From: a virus
IMG/VR virus record: IMGVR_UViG_3300031920_000053
Span: 1-46,259 of that record
Direction: 5' to 3' (one strand)
DNA: 46,259 nt
This document shows, in pieces, positions 27,580 to 35,630 of the stretch (the stretch's first letter is position 1; each line of letters starts with the position of its first letter). The translations under genes were made by a program, and so were the position numbers. The notes under the pieces are model-generated. The model did not search any database and was not told the origin of the DNA. It worked only from the letters and a program-made list of their open reading frames with translations.

Positions 27580-27903
27580 ATGCCATACATTACAATAGAT
27601 AAAAATGGAAAACAGATAACTAGCTATTCAGGTTATCCTGGTAAAAATGTTTCAGGTGCGTTAAAGGTTGATATAGCATCTCCAACTGAATATCATGTTT
27701 TAAAAATTGATTACGAAGATTTTTATATGGATGAGCAGTGGGAGATAAGTGAAGAACTAAAAGAAGTTGCGGATAGAGAAACTTTACTTAAGGAAGAATA
27801 CAATAGAGAACACAATAATCTTATTTGGAACGAAGTTAAGAAGAATAAGAAAAAGAAACTTTCAGCTAAAGATTTAATAGAAGTAAACAAAAAAATAAAA
27901 TAA
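27580..27903 (+). CDS. Hypothetical protein, 107 aa.
   Basis: Track ORF with AAGGAG upstream. Confidence 0.6.
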   Translation: MPYITIDKNGKQITSYSGYPGKNVSGALKVDIASPTEYHVLKIDYEDFYMDEQWEISEELKEVADRETLLKEEYNREHNNLIWNEVKKNKKKKLSAKDLIEVNKKIK

Positions 27904-27913
27904 GGAGAACATT

Positions 27914-28207
27914 ATGACTAAATCGCGAATTACAAAAAATGGATTACCAACAGAAATAACAGCGTCTAACGTTCCTGACAAGGTTGATGAGATAACGTTT
28001 GACGAAGAATATTACTACTGTTGGGAAACACCTGGAACTTTTGTTGGTAAAATCTTTACGGAAGATACAACCGCAAGGGTTTTAATTATGCACGTAGTAA
28101 AGTCTGAAACACAATTTACATGGACTGTTGCTAAAGCTAAATGGACTGATCGAACAACTGCTGCATACGCTCCGCTGTCTCAGCGAGAAGTTGTGCTAGC
28201 GCAATAG
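27914..28207 (+). CDS. Hypothetical protein, 97 aa.
   Basis: Track ORF with AAGGAG upstream. Confidence 0.6.
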   Translation: MTKSRITKNGLPTEITASNVPDKVDEITFDEEYYYCWETPGTFVGKIFTEDTTARVLIMHVVKSETQFTWTVAKAKWTDRTTAAYAPLSQREVVLAQ

Positions 28208-28216
28208 GAGGATGTC

Positions 28217-30010
28217 ATGGGACTTAATCTATTCACAGGTGAACTGCTATTTTTGGGTATCGGATATACTGCTGAGGATTCCGCGAATAAAGTAACCTCT
28301 ATTTCGGGGGCATCAACTGATGTTCAATACCCATCAGCAAAGCTTCTATATAACCAATTAGCTTTAAAAGCTCCGTTGGCAAGTCCTGTATTCACTGGGT
28401 CAATATCAACGCCAATAATTAAGCCCGCTGCTGATTCGACTACAGCCGTAAAAATAACTAAAGCAGACGGCACGACTGTGATGGTCAATGTAAATACAAC
28501 AGACGAAGTTGTAGACATCGGAAGCGATACATTAGGGGCAGATTTAAATGTTCATGCAACATTAGGGGCGGAAACCGTTCCCGCCTTAGTTGACGGTGAG
28601 TGGACTATGGGGGCTGGATGGGTTGACCCTATAGTTGGAGGAGTACTAGAGAAAGATTCTGACGGTACTGGTGTTACAACTGCTACAAATCAATCAGTTA
28701 TTGTGATTGGAACTATGTATAAAATAACTTACACACTATCTGCAATAACGGGAGGTAATCTTGCAATTACTAACGGTGGAACACCAGGAGTGTTACGTCC
28801 ATCGTCCGCAGGGACATATACACAATACTTAACAGCAACCTCAACTGCTAAATTAAGCTTTACGCCAGTTGGCACGGGGACAAGGTTTATTATAACTGCC
28901 GTTTCCTGTGTTGAGTTTACAGAAAGTGAACTATATATTGCTGGTAATATAAATGCAAAATCATTAACATTACCAGTATTGGCTATTGGTTCAGATGCCA
29001 CTTACGGCATGGCCCCATTAACTTGTACAACCACTGTCGGGACTGTTAGCATATACGGCAACTATATTGAGGGCTCTGGTTCAATGTCGCTTAGGGCTGC
29101 TGGCACTTGTTCCCTTATAAGTACCACTGGAACAGTGAACATGAGTCAGGGTGGTAAAATGACAGGGGGGCAATGGTATTTTGGTGCTTATCTTAATCCT
29201 ACAGCACACATGGAAGTCAAGGTTGGAACAGCAGTGGCAAGTACAGCGCCGTTTAAATTCACTCTTACGGGTGCTGTATTAAATACAACACCTGAAGTCG
29301 GAGCACTTGAAGTGGATTCGTTGGGTAATGTTTACATTACCAACTCGTCAGGGGTAAGAAAACAAATTAGAGTAGAGGGTGATTCCCTTGCTGAAATGTA
29401 TATAGATGATAATTCCACTGCGTCTGTTTTAGAAACAGCTAATACTCCAATAGCTCTACGCAATTATATTACGGGTTCTTTAAGTAATTGGACGTTTGAT
29501 GCCGGATCAACCGGAGCAATTACTGCATACGCGGACGGTACTGGCAAGGTTAATGTAAGCTCTGCCGGGCATGGCCGCTTATCGGGTGATATTATCTCCA
29601 TAAGGGGTACAACAAATTATAATGGTATATGGGAAATAACATATATTGACGCCAACACCTTTTCTATACTAGATACATGGGTCGCTGATGATGGTGCATC
29701 TGATTGGGATCAAGGTTCGCATTTAATAGCTGGTTCAGGAACCGCTGGAATTTATAAATTGTCATGGAATTTAAGTGTGTCTGAGGCAGGTGGTGCTGGT
29801 TCTAACGTGTTATATGAAATATATAATAATTCAACACCGCACCCACAGTGTATTGTTAAACGAAAATATGCAAATAATGACGTGTGCAGCACGGCTGGTA
29901 GTTGTATTATTACTATAGCTGATGGTGATGTAATATTCCTAACCGCGAATAGTTCAGGCACAAATAACATTACATGTCAATATGGTAATTTAAACTTAAC
30001 AAGAATATAA
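28217..30010 (+). CDS. Tail fibre / receptor-binding protein 2, 597 aa.
   Basis: The motif YPSAKLLYNQLALKAPLASPVFTGS is common in phage tail fibres. The remainder is rich in Gly, Thr and Ser. Confidence 0.65.
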   Translation: MGLNLFTGELLFLGIGYTAEDSANKVTSISGASTDVQYPSAKLLYNQLALKAPLASPVFTGSISTPIIKPAADSTTAVKITKADGTTVMVNVNTTDEVVDIGSDTLGADLNVHATLGAETVPALVDGEWTMGAGWVDPIVGGVLEKDSDGTGVTTATNQSVIVIGTMYKITYTLSAITGGNLAITNGGTPGVLRPSSAGTYTQYLTATSTAKLSFTPVGTGTRFIITAVSCVEFTESELYIAGNINAKSLTLPVLAIGSDATYGMAPLTCTTTVGTVSIYGNYIEGSGSMSLRAAGTCSLISTTGTVNMSQGGKMTGGQWYFGAYLNPTAHMEVKVGTAVASTAPFKFTLTGAVLNTTPEVGALEVDSLGNVYITNSSGVRKQIRVEGDSLAEMYIDDNSTASVLETANTPIALRNYITGSLSNWTFDAGSTGAITAYADGTGKVNVSSAGHGRLSGDIISIRGTTNYNGIWEITYIDANTFSILDTWVADDGASDWDQGSHLIAGSGTAGIYKLSWNLSVSEAGGAGSNVLYEIYNNSTPHPQCIVKRKYANNDVCSTAGSCIITIADGDVIFLTANSSGTNNITCQYGNLNLTRI

Positions 30011-30021
30011 GGAGCAATAAA

Positions 30022-30339
30022 ATGTTAAAAGAATACATCGAAAAATCAATCGAAACCGGGTATGGCACGTTGGCAACTTGTTGGGTGGTGACTGGTATTT
30101 GGCTTGATATTAAAGCTGGTGTTGCAGACATCAAGCTTGAGGGCTACAGGGATTTTGAAGCCAAAGAAGCTGGAAAACAAGTAATGGGAAAAATGAATAT
30201 CCCCATCCCTGACTTAAACGTAATGAGTTGTTATGACGCGGTAAAGGAGGATATTGTCGGGGCTGTTTTTGCATCAGAAGAATTTGAAGGAGCGATCCTC
30301 CAGGCTCAAGAGGTTGAAGAAGAAATAATACTGGAGTAA
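30022..30339 (+). CDS. Hypothetical protein, 105 aa.
   Basis: Track ORF with AAGGAG upstream. Confidence 0.6.
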   Translation: MLKEYIEKSIETGYGTLATCWVVTGIWLDIKAGVADIKLEGYRDFEAKEAGKQVMGKMNIPIPDLNVMSCYDAVKEDIVGAVFASEEFEGAILQAQEVEEEIILE

Positions 30340-30346
30340 ATATGTT

Positions 30347-30763
30347 ATGAAACTAAAGCTAACAGTAGAAGATGTAATACCAATGCTTGACAGGATCAAG
30401 AAGTCGGGTCAAATCGTTCCTGCATGGTTTTGGTTATTAACTCCAACGGAAATAGCTCATTGCTACAATGGGGTTGGATCTAATCTTACATGGAAGCCAA
30501 TAAGAAAAGCCTTGAGTTTCATATTCCGTTGGGCTAAAAGGTCAGTTGTTATTCACGATTGTATATGGACGTATATTGAAAGGTTTGAATTAACCGAAGA
30601 AGATTTTTATGAGTCTAACGAGGCTTTAAAAACAAATGCTCGAATAGAGCTTGCGGAGATCACGTCAAAGTGGAATCCTCTCTATTGGTATCGTTATCGT
30701 AATGCTTGGCTTGCTCAACAAGCCTGTGATTTGCTTGGTAAACAGGCTTGGAATACAAATTAA
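30347..30763 (+). CDS. Hypothetical protein, 138 aa, with YNGVG...HD motifs (DUF1353-like or PLA2-like, uncertain).
   Basis: It contains CYNGVGSNLTWKP, then 18 residues later VVIHDCIW, then ...AWLAQQACDLLGKQAW. It sits directly before a TM protein and a lipoprotein. Confidence 0.35.
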   Translation: MKLKLTVEDVIPMLDRIKKSGQIVPAWFWLLTPTEIAHCYNGVGSNLTWKPIRKALSFIFRWAKRSVVIHDCIWTYIERFELTEEDFYESNEALKTNARIELAEITSKWNPLYWYRYRNAWLAQQACDLLGKQAWNTN

Positions 30764-30773
30764 GGAGAGGGTC

Positions 30774-31085
30774 GTGGATAAAGTAGAGGCAACTAGAATA
30801 ATAGTAGAGGGTATGACCGTAGATCAAATGGCTGTAACGGCTTTTGCGACACTTGCTCTTTTTGTTTTTATTATTAGCATAGTAATAAGTATAACAGTAT
30901 TTTTAAACAAGCAGCAGATGTTGAGAATAAACTCATTGCTTGAGCCATTGAAAGATATTCCAGTAATACTTGCTACGCTTCAGGCTAAAGTTAAAAGCGG
31001 CATTGAACTTGAGAAGATGATTGACGATAAGATAAAATACCATTCCGTAAACTGCCCATTGCTAAACAAAAAAAAAGGAGATTGA
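30774..31085 (+). CDS. Single-pass membrane protein, 103 aa (i-spanin or holin candidate), with a GTG start.
   Basis: GTG 30774 lies 6 nt after AGGAG. The TM segment is AVTAFATLALFVFIISIVISITVFL. The track ORF start at 30651 would overlap the previous gene by 113 nt. Confidence 0.45.
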   Translation: MDKVEATRIIVEGMTVDQMAVTAFATLALFVFIISIVISITVFLNKQQMLRINSLLEPLKDIPVILATLQAKVKSGIELEKMIDDKIKYHSVNCPLLNKKKGD

Positions 31086-31086
31086 G

Positions 31087-31332
31087 ATGAGGTATTTAAT
31101 TTCACTGGTTGCCATGCTTATGCTGTGTGGTTGCGCCGGGTATAAGATAAACGAAGACGGTTCTGTTGACTCATACGGCTTTCTAAGGACTTTGACGGTT
31201 CACAAAAAGTTTAAGGGCGATAATTTGGTTGAGATCACTATCTCTACTGACAGCCGTTTTAAAGACATTGCAATAGGTCTTAACGAGATAGTTGACTCTG
31301 CTGCGAACACCGGAGCAAAGCTTATTCCTTAG
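31087..31332 (+). CDS. Lipoprotein, 81 aa (o-spanin candidate).
   Basis: The signal peptide has a lipobox, MRYLISLVAMLMLCGC|AG. The gene follows the TM protein after 1 nt. It lacks the proline richness typical of o-spanins. Confidence 0.45.
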   Translation: MRYLISLVAMLMLCGCAGYKINEDGSVDSYGFLRTLTVHKKFKGDNLVEITISTDSRFKDIAIGLNEIVDSAANTGAKLIP

Positions 31333-31520
31333 CTTACCGTTATCTCTTCTGATTTATATCCACATCCATATACCGAAACACCGCATCTCAATCTTATTCC
31401 TTTTGATACTGTACCCCTTGTGAGGAATAGCATCCCTCCGCACTTAGGACATTTGTTACCAGCTTCTCCTATTGCTTCTACTTTTTTTCTTAACTTTTTG
31501 TATGTTTTAATATCCATCAT
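31329..31520 (-). CDS. Zinc-ribbon protein, 63 aa. It is the last gene of the minus-strand arm.
   Basis: It contains CPKCGG...CGVSVYGCG and has AAAGGAG upstream. Its stop overlaps the stop of the plus-strand lipoprotein gene. Confidence 0.6.
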   Translation of the reverse strand: MMDIKTYKKLRKKVEAIGEAGNKCPKCGGMLFLTRGTVSKGIRLRCGVSVYGCGYKSEEITVS

Positions 31521-31521
31521 C

Positions 31522-32019
31522 TTACTCCTTTATGTTATACCATTGGTTATATGCAAATTCACCAAAATATTTATTTTCAGCTTGCTTCCGGGCGTTTATA
31601 GCATCTTCTTTGTTTTCATAATATCCAAGATGCATACCTTTTTTATTGACAACTATCTGGGAATGCCACCTTTGCGACCTTTTATCCCAACAGACACCAG
31701 TTACTCCGCTGGTATTATTTGAAAGCCTTCTGTGATTCATCATATTTTGACTTTTTGTGCAAACTCTCAAATTGCATTTTCTATTATCAAGTGTATTATG
31801 ATTGATGTGGTCTGTATTCATGCCCTTTGGTGTGTTCATTATTTGGTGGTGCATTCTTATAGTTTTTTTCTTTCCGCTCGAACGGTCATTGCGGCTAACA
31901 TAAAAACTTTTCGCGATCTTACTGTAGTGTGCACACCATTTGTATTTTATTAGTTCTTGGTAATCTTCATCATCAACGATAGCAAACTGACCTTGTGTTA
32001 GTGATATTCTTTTAGACAT
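31522..32019 (-). mobile_element. Free-standing HNH endonuclease with an AP2-like DNA-binding domain, 165 aa (homing endonuclease type).
   Basis: It contains DHINHNTLDNRKCNLRVCT..QN, followed by SGVTGVCWDKRSQRWHSQIVVNKKGMHLGYYENKEDAINARKQAE. The start was moved to ATG 32019, which has a GGAGAAAG SD. Confidence 0.8.
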
Positions 32020-32028
32020 AACTTTCTC

Positions 32029-32107
32029 CAAAATAAAAAGCCCATTGAAATTGGTTGCACATAAAAATAGAGCCATTAGGCAAATTCTTATCCAAATCAA
32101 AGGGCTT
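32029..32107 (-). terminator. Long imperfect hairpin followed by a T-rich tract. It is a possible terminator or the boundary of the HNH insertion.
   Basis: On the minus strand, AAGCCCTTTGATTTGG...CCAATTTCAATGGGCTT is followed by TTTTATTTT. The loop is large, so this is weak as an intrinsic terminator. Confidence 0.3.
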
Positions 32108-32201
32108 GTGTTTCATTTTTAGATACTCTAAATTTATGTGCTATTAATAACATATAGCATGTTTAGCTAAAAGTCAAACAGTTTTAATAATTTTCTGGTT
32201 T

Positions 32202-32621
32202 TTAAAGACTTAAAATATTATTCCAATAACTATCCCTCTCCAGTTTAACATAAATCCCTGGAACGTCTCCGTGCCATTTGCTTATATTTAGGTTGTATAT
32301 ATGGGAATCATTTTGGAAGTATCCGCATTTCTGCATAGCATCTTGCGGGAGCTTATTCAAATTATCGGCGTCCGGGACAGTAACCTTCGCTATTGCCAAC
32401 AGACTGTGCTTCTCTGCAATCTTGCGACTCTTATCCGTGTGCGGATAGGTTACGGCAATCTCCAGCCTTAGAACGCCCCGCATTGGCTTGTTTGGAGCAT
32501 TGACTTCCATGACTGCTCTCCAGAACGCCTCGGCTTGTTTAAGCTTTGCCTGCTTGTAGCCGTGCCTGCGTTGCTGGCTTGTGATTTTTGGTGGTGTACA
32601 CTCAACGAAGAATTCTATCAT
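32202..32621 (-). CDS. rusA: RusA-family Holliday junction resolvase, 139 aa.
   Basis: It contains VPDADNLNKLPQDAMQ...FQNDSHIY, the typical D.DN..K...D and DD..I pattern, and has the expected size. Confidence 0.8.
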   Translation of the reverse strand: MIEFFVECTPPKITSQQRRHGYKQAKLKQAEAFWRAVMEVNAPNKPMRGVLRLEIAVTYPHTDKSRKIAEKHSLLAIAKVTVPDADNLNKLPQDAMQKCGYFQNDSHIYNLNISKWHGDVPGIYVKLERDSYWNNILSL

Positions 32622-32818
32622 TTTGCCTCCCTTGCTTTATTAATAGCCTTATCTTTGTCTTTATGTAATTTTTTTATATAGACAAAAAACGCAAGGTAAG
32701 ATATTTTACTCATGCAATAATCTAATATTTTTTTAGTGTGCGTTAATTCTATTTTCAAAAGCCTTATTTTTTGCTCCAGCTTTTTAACTTGGCTTGCGTG
32801 TTCTTGATTAAAAGCCAT
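32618..32818 (-). CDS. Hypothetical protein, 66 aa.
   Basis: Track ORF with AAAGGAGAAG upstream. Confidence 0.55.
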   Translation of the reverse strand: MAFNQEHASQVKKLEQKIRLLKIELTHTKKILDYCMSKISYLAFFVYIKKLHKDKDKAINKAREAK

Positions 32819-32821
32819 ATC

Positions 32822-33037
32822 TCACTTCTCCTTTGCTTTGTCAAGCTCTACTGTTCTATATTTAATATACGGATAAGTTTTTTGAAAATGCTTTTCGTCT
32901 TCGCACAGTGTACATTTGTGTGGATATTTAGCCGGATAAGTCATTAAGGCTATTCCCGTTGGTCTATAAAATCCTTTTTCGCAATTATCACACATATAAT
33001 CAATTTGCACTGGCTTCATGTCTGTTTCTTTTTCCAT
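32822..33037 (-). CDS. Zinc-ribbon protein, 71 aa.
   Basis: It contains CDNC...CTLC. The start was moved to the ATG that overlaps the upstream stop (TGATG). Confidence 0.55.
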   Translation of the reverse strand: MEKETDMKPVQIDYMCDNCEKGFYRPTGIALMTYPAKYPHKCTLCEDEKHFQKTYPYIKYRTVELDKAKEK

Positions 33038-33249
33038 CACAACCCCCGTTCTTGTTTGACTTCGTTTAGCCATTGTTTATATCGTGTTGATTCTTCACGG
33101 GTGCCATGTTTTTTTACTGTAATTAAATCTAAATCCGTGTCGCCGTGTTCTATATTTAATACTATGCTTTCACCAAAGTAAACATCTGTAAACTCTAAGA
33201 CTTCACTATCTAGCATCCTCAAAAACTCTTTAAACCTTTGCTTGTTCAT
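33037..33249 (-). CDS. Hypothetical protein, 70 aa.
   Basis: Track ORF with AAAGGAGAAG upstream. Confidence 0.55.
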   Translation of the reverse strand: MNKQRFKEFLRMLDSEVLEFTDVYFGESIVLNIEHGDTDLDLITVKKHGTREESTRYKQWLNEVKQERGL

Positions 33250-33497
33250 TTCTCACTTCTCCTTTTGTGTTTGGGACAGATGCCGTTTTGAGCCACCCAG
33301 TTTGCCAATTCTAGTTTTATTACATAATTCATAAGTTTAAAGTTTTCTTTTTTCCATGGTATCTGCGAAATATCATCTATATATTTTTTATATCTTTCGG
33401 GAATGTTTTTCATACAAATTATCGCATCGTGAGTAAATTTAGCATACTCACAATTCCCGCAGCACGTCCCGAACTCCTGTACCTTGTAGCCTTTCAT
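33246..33497 (-). CDS. Cys-rich protein, 83 aa.
   Basis: It contains CCGNC...C...C. Its start overlaps the upstream stop (ATGA). Confidence 0.55.
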   Translation of the reverse strand: MKGYKVQEFGTCCGNCEYAKFTHDAIICMKNIPERYKKYIDDISQIPWKKENFKLMNYVIKLELANWVAQNGICPKHKRRSEK

Positions 33498-33691
33498 TGG
33501 TTATCCTTTTGGTTCATAAACATTGAACATTCTCTTATTACCCTTGTTGAATCGCACAATACAGCAATAAGTGCATTATCTGGCATTATTTTTTCTTGCT
33601 CTATTTTAATGTATAAAAGCAAACGTCTTTCAAGCTCTTTGTTTGAGCCTTGATATTCACCAACGACTCTTGGTAATGTCATATTATCCAT
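33494..33691 (-). CDS. Hypothetical protein, 65 aa.
   Basis: Track ORF with AGGAGG upstream. Confidence 0.55.
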   Translation of the reverse strand: MDNMTLPRVVGEYQGSNKELERRLLLYIKIEQEKIMPDNALIAVLCDSTRVIRECSMFMNQKDNQ

Positions 33692-33733
33692 TCTATACCT
33701 CCTACTGTTTTTCGTTTATCCATCCCTTAGCGT

Positions 33734-34108
33734 TCATGTACCGATTGCAGTCGGATTACATTTTGAAAGCTTCTTAACCCAGGTTTTTCCAGTTTCTTTA
33801 TATTTACAAAGTGATTTATCCAAACACCCGAATATACCAGTCTTTAAAACACACTCACTACACGGGTTATTTTCAAGAGCGTTAATAGGTATATGCTCTT
33901 CTAATTCTATTACTAATTTGCACTCACTCTTAACCGCCTCCTCGTCGAGGTCGCCTGAGTTGATTTTGTTGATCTCGTTAGCCATTAAGCGTAAAACCCT
34001 ATTCGCTTTTCTTGCATCAAAAGGTGTTTTATTCATTAATGGCTGTTCTTGCTTATATATCATTCCTTGTAATTCACTCATTAACGCTATCAGTTTATCT
34101 TTATTCAT
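33734..34108 (-). CDS. Hypothetical Cys-containing protein, 124 aa.
   Basis: Track ORF containing CSEC...C...C. Confidence 0.55.
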   Translation of the reverse strand: MNKDKLIALMSELQGMIYKQEQPLMNKTPFDARKANRVLRLMANEINKINSGDLDEEAVKSECKLVIELEEHIPINALENNPCSECVLKTGIFGCLDKSLCKYKETGKTWVKKLSKCNPTAIGT

Positions 34109-34299
34109 TTGCTAGTCCTCGTTTTGGGAGAAAATAGTTTTTCTATATCAACCAACGAATCATCTTTTTTGTCTAACAAGTTTTCAATATTATCTTGAAG
34201 TTCTTTTTGTATTACTTCGACAGGAATATTATTAGGATTATTTACTAATCCAAATATTCCTTTGGTTTTATAAAAATCTCTTTTTTCATTTTTATCCAT
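34105..34299 (-). CDS. Hypothetical protein, 64 aa.
   Basis: The start was moved to the second ATG, which is 6 nt after AAGGAG and forms a TGATG overlap with the upstream stop. Confidence 0.5.
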   Translation of the reverse strand: MDKNEKRDFYKTKGIFGLVNNPNNIPVEVIQKELQDNIENLLDKKDDSLVDIEKLFSPKTRTSK

Positions 34300-34559
34300 C
34301 ACCATCTCCTTGTTTGTTGTCGGTTAGATTTTCTGGCTTCGTGCCACTCCATAAAAACTTTATCTTGTTTTTTGTTTTGACTGCCAAACATACATTGCTT
34401 ACAATCATCGTCCGTGCACGAACCTATCTCTATCTGATCGCAGTAAAAGGTAGATATTCCATCGGCATCATCATCGTCTATCCCCACGTCGTCTAAAAGA
34501 CTTTGCAGTGGTATGTAGTCACCAATATCTGGTATATTATAACCTTTATATTTATTCAC
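34299..34559 (-). CDS. Acidic Cys-containing protein, 86 aa, with a GTG start.
   Basis: An AGGAGG lies 6 nt upstream of the GTG. The protein contains C...C..C. Confidence 0.5.
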   Translation of the reverse strand: MNKYKGYNIPDIGDYIPLQSLLDDVGIDDDDADGISTFYCDQIEIGSCTDDDCKQCMFGSQNKKQDKVFMEWHEARKSNRQQTRRW

Positions 34560-34830
34560 TTCCGACCTCCTTGTTAAGCTCTGCGATTATTCGCTCTGCG
34601 GTTAAATCTTTGCCACATATGGGGCAGAAGTTTATTTTTATATCAGTATAATTACAATGCCCGCATATCCTTATAATGATTTTATTTTTATAAGACATAA
34701 TAAATGCTTTTATTTTTCTATAATCATTTCCAGTATATGTGCTCTCGTAAATATCAAAATAATCTGTTCTTGATTCGGTTTTCGTACAGTATTTGCACGG
34801 TTTCTCAACTATCTTATTAAGCTTAGTCAT
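34552..34830 (-). CDS. Zinc-ribbon protein, 92 aa.
   Basis: It contains CKYC...CGHC...CPICG. The start was moved to the ATG with AGGAG 8 nt upstream. Confidence 0.55.
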   Translation of the reverse strand: MTKLNKIVEKPCKYCTKTESRTDYFDIYESTYTGNDYRKIKAFIMSYKNKIIIRICGHCNYTDIKINFCPICGKDLTAERIIAELNKEVGSE

Positions 34831-35011
34831 TGTCTGGCTCCTGTTTTCTTGCATTATCGCAAGTCATTGTTTTCCCAACTGCCAAATTTATTCCATTTAC
34901 TTCGCCACATCTAGGTCTTTTAGCCCACCATTCATACACGACGTGTATACACTCAGGGCATCTTACTTCGTTTCCTTTAGCTGTCCTGTAATTTGTACAT
35001 AATTCACTCAT
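34823..35011 (-). CDS. Cys-containing protein, 62 aa.
   Basis: It contains CPEC...C and has GGGAGG upstream. Confidence 0.5.
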   Translation of the reverse strand: MSELCTNYRTAKGNEVRCPECIHVVYEWWAKRPRCGEVNGINLAVGKTMTCDNARKQEPDND

Positions 35012-35202
35012 ACCCCTGCCTCCCGTAGTGCGTTAAATAGTTCTTTTGGTGAATTGTAAACTGTTGGTTTCCACGCTAACGGCTCACATTTTCTTTTATA
35101 TTTACATTTTTTACAGCTTGATATTTTAGATAACGGGACAAATGTTTTCTTACACCACCTCCGCATATCCCTAGCCAGCTTCATTCGCTCTTTGTCGTTC
35201 AT
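35008..35202 (-). CDS. Basic Cys-containing protein, 64 aa.
   Basis: It contains CKKCKYKRKC. Its start overlaps the YopX stop. Confidence 0.5.
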   Translation of the reverse strand: MNDKERMKLARDMRRWCKKTFVPLSKISSCKKCKYKRKCEPLAWKPTVYNSPKELFNALREAGV

Positions 35203-35627
35203 GGTTTAACCTCGTCGTGTATTGTGCCGATGATTTCTATTCTTTCTAATTGGTGTACTGAGTTATTGCCAAAATCAGGCAACCCGTACCAGCAACAAGC
35301 TTCGTTATCAAATTCAACAATTAAATTTTTAAAATCGTTGTAATTCCATACATCGCAACCATCTTTACCGTCGTTTTTAGAGTTAAGCTTATCCCCCTCA
35401 AATATAAGCTTACCGTTCTTATCCTTTAGCCCCGTGCACCGACCGACCGTTTCGGGGATAACTTCGTAATCCATAAAATAACTTAAAAATGTATTTGGAT
35501 TAAATGTGGATACCATTATATATGAATTGTATTGGCTAGTATTGACATTTAATTTTTCACCAAAACATCCAACAACCCATTCGCCATTATCAACTCGTTT
35601 CGCTCTAGATAAAAATCTGTCATTCAT
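35199..35627 (-). CDS. YopX-family protein, 142 aa.
   Basis: It contains TGLKDKNGKLIFEGD...ERIEIIGTIHD, the YopX pattern as I recall it. Confidence 0.65.
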   Translation of the reverse strand: MNDRFLSRAKRVDNGEWVVGCFGEKLNVNTSQYNSYIMVSTFNPNTFLSYFMDYEVIPETVGRCTGLKDKNGKLIFEGDKLNSKNDGKDGCDVWNYNDFKNLIVEFDNEACCWYGLPDFGNNSVHQLERIEIIGTIHDEVKP

Positions 35628-35630
35628 GGT

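Noticed and set aside
30651-30773. The upstream extension of the TM-protein ORF, which overlaps the previous gene by 113 nt.
   Set aside because: GTG 30774, with AAGGAGAGG just upstream and just after the previous stop, is a far better start.
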